A stretch of 64,000 bases of DNA from positions 48,422,001-48,486,000 of the forward strand of contig NC_135657.1 in the NCBI RefSeq assembly GCF_964188315.1, written 5' to 3'. How positions within the stretch are numbered: position 1 is the first letter of the stretch; every line of letters begins with the position of its first letter. Positions 62,201 through 64,000 of the stretch are shown piece after piece. The position numbers and the translations under genes were made by a program. This stretch comes from Podarcis muralis. Taxonomy: Eukaryota. Under the pieces are notes generated by a model that searched no databases, was not told where the DNA came from, and saw only the letters and a program-made list of their open reading frames with translations.

Positions 62201-63335
62201 AAGGATCAACCAGGAAACTATACTTCTCAGGTCTTGCTCACCCCTTTATGGCACTGCTAGAACATTTAATAACCTTTCCCCAAGATGTCAGGAAGTTATT
62301 GCCATTGAAAAACCAATAAGCCCATGGTCACCAAATGCCAAAAAGTCCAGCCTGTAAGTACTTTGCAGCACAGATTCAAGTGCATTCCTGAATCTTTGGT
62401 TCACATGCACACCATACATGTTAAGCACATTTATAATACTTTAATACTCATGGTTTCCCTCAAAGACTTCTGGGCAGGGCTGGCCCAAGACATTTTGGCA
62501 CCTGAGGCAAACCACAAAATGGTGCCCCGCTTCCCACCAGGGAAGAAGGAGTGAGTAGAGATCTACATCAGGAACCCTCTATTTCTCCATCCCAGCATGC
62601 AGCAGCCTCTCAGCTGGGGTCTTGTCTGCTATGCATCATAACTACCACACAGGAAGTATGGGAGAAGAAGCAGAAAAAGCCGGGAGAAAAAGACAACTGC
62701 ACAAAGAAAACTTGATCTAAAGGCAACCTGAGTCATGGTGGACGTGCCTTTCCATCCCATGGCCTTGGGAACAGGCCCAGAATGGATACTTTAATTCCAT
62801 GGTGGCTCCCGTGATCATGCCCTCCCATCTCGAACTCCACTACCTCAGTTACGCGCCTCTCATTTTTACAGCAGAAGGATCGGCATTACACAGATCTATT
62901 GAGAGCAGAAACCTAATATGTAAGCCATGCTCCACTTAAAGGATTTTTGTACACAAAATACAGTACGAACAGCTACTGTCAATGCAGTGTGGACACCAGG
63001 CAGAAGCAATACTTAATCAGGCGAGAGTAAATTTCCTGCTGTCTATTCAGAAAGCCATTTGATTAATGAACTTCTTTGCACGGGATGGGGCTCAGCTATT
63101 TAAATTAAATTTTGTTTCAATATTATCCACACTGGTTTTACACTTAAAAGTGTGATAGGCCACAGGGATCACTGAAAACCTATGGTAGCCATCTGTCGAC
63201 TCCCACCTTTGCCACCACAGTATGAACTGGTCTTGTACCTTCTGACTGACTACCATCTGGGTGTGTGGCACCCAAATGCATTTTATTGTAAACGAAGTTG
63301 TAACCATCGAAAGGGAAGGGGGAGAAAGTCAATTA

Positions 63336-63741
63336 CCACATTTTTCCGTGTATAACACGACCCTATGTATAAGTCAACCCCTATTTTTGGGAGCCTCCAA
63401 ATAAGAAATCAATAGTTTAAGTGAGCTTTTTGGGGGGAAATTGCCCAAAAGATTGTTGAGCTTTTCTAATAAGGTCAACCAAAAAGTTGATGAGCTTTTC
63501 TCCCGTGATTTCCCACTCAATCCACCACCCTGGCTGACGGAAGTGGGAAGTGGAGCTGTATTTCACTGTATAATAGCTGCCTCCTCGCCAACACACCCCC
63601 TTGCCTCGCATCTCCAGCTACCTCCATGCCAAACTGCAACTAGCCCCAGCCTTAACATATAAATCCATGTATAAGACGACCCCCAATTTTTCACTTAAAA
63701 ACTTGGGAGGGAAACATTATCTTATACACAGAAAAGTACAG
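63336..63741. mobile_element. Tigger/pogo-type MITE with internal ~30-bp repeats
   Basis: TA-ccacatttttccgtgtataa / ttatacacagaaaagtacag-TA. Confidence 0.72.
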
Positions 63742-64000
63742 TAAGTTTTCTCTTAAAGACAAGCCTACAAAATTCACACTTTCTGAAATAATATGCAAAA
63801 TGAAACACAACCCTCCTTCCAAATTCAAAATAGACAGATCCACCCATCCCTAAAATGGATGGTGAGAATATTATAAATCTAGAACACCTTCTGTGATGGA
63901 CAGGCCTTGGGGCTGCCTCCTGGTGACCCAGCAACCAGTGAGAGCTGGTGAGGCCATCAGCCAATCAGGAGTGAGATAAGGGGAAATCTAAGTCAGATGC

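Noticed and set aside
63420-63505. ~30-bp periodic repeats as a CRISPR-like array
   Set aside because: Eukaryotic DNA, degenerate units, no unique spacers, no cas genes; internal to MITEs.

Overview
Vertebrate genomic DNA, most likely a lacertid lizard (inferred from squamate-type SINE, L2, CR1 and MITE families), covering the head-to-head FAM120B / DLL1 locus. Minus strand: the 5' half of FAM120B (SAN1), with five coding exons located (11563-12582, 10701-10878, 8827-8922, 4470-4642, 2501-2593); later exons lie left of the window. Plus strand: a complete 11-exon DLL1 (ATG 34502, stop 48100, 2205 nt, 734 aa, ending in ATEV) with TATA/octamer promoter, the DeltaM-type Ascl1/POU3 enhancer motif, other motif clusters and a miRNA-site-rich 3'UTR. 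The rest is intron or intergenic DNA rich in L2/CR1 fragments, tRNA-derived SINEs, hAT and Tc1/mariner MITEs and one probable solo LTR, plus a 185-N gap. I found no convincing wholly new gene system. The most unusual observations: a 185-codon in-frame, strong-Kozak upstream extension of FAM120B; a second promoter-like CpG island between the genes; two three-layer nested transposon stacks; a duplicated ~40-bp cis-element upstream of DLL1; an ~985-nt ATG-free DLL1 leader; and a lengthened DLL1 C2-domain loop. All comparisons to human/mouse/chicken are from memory, not from searches.
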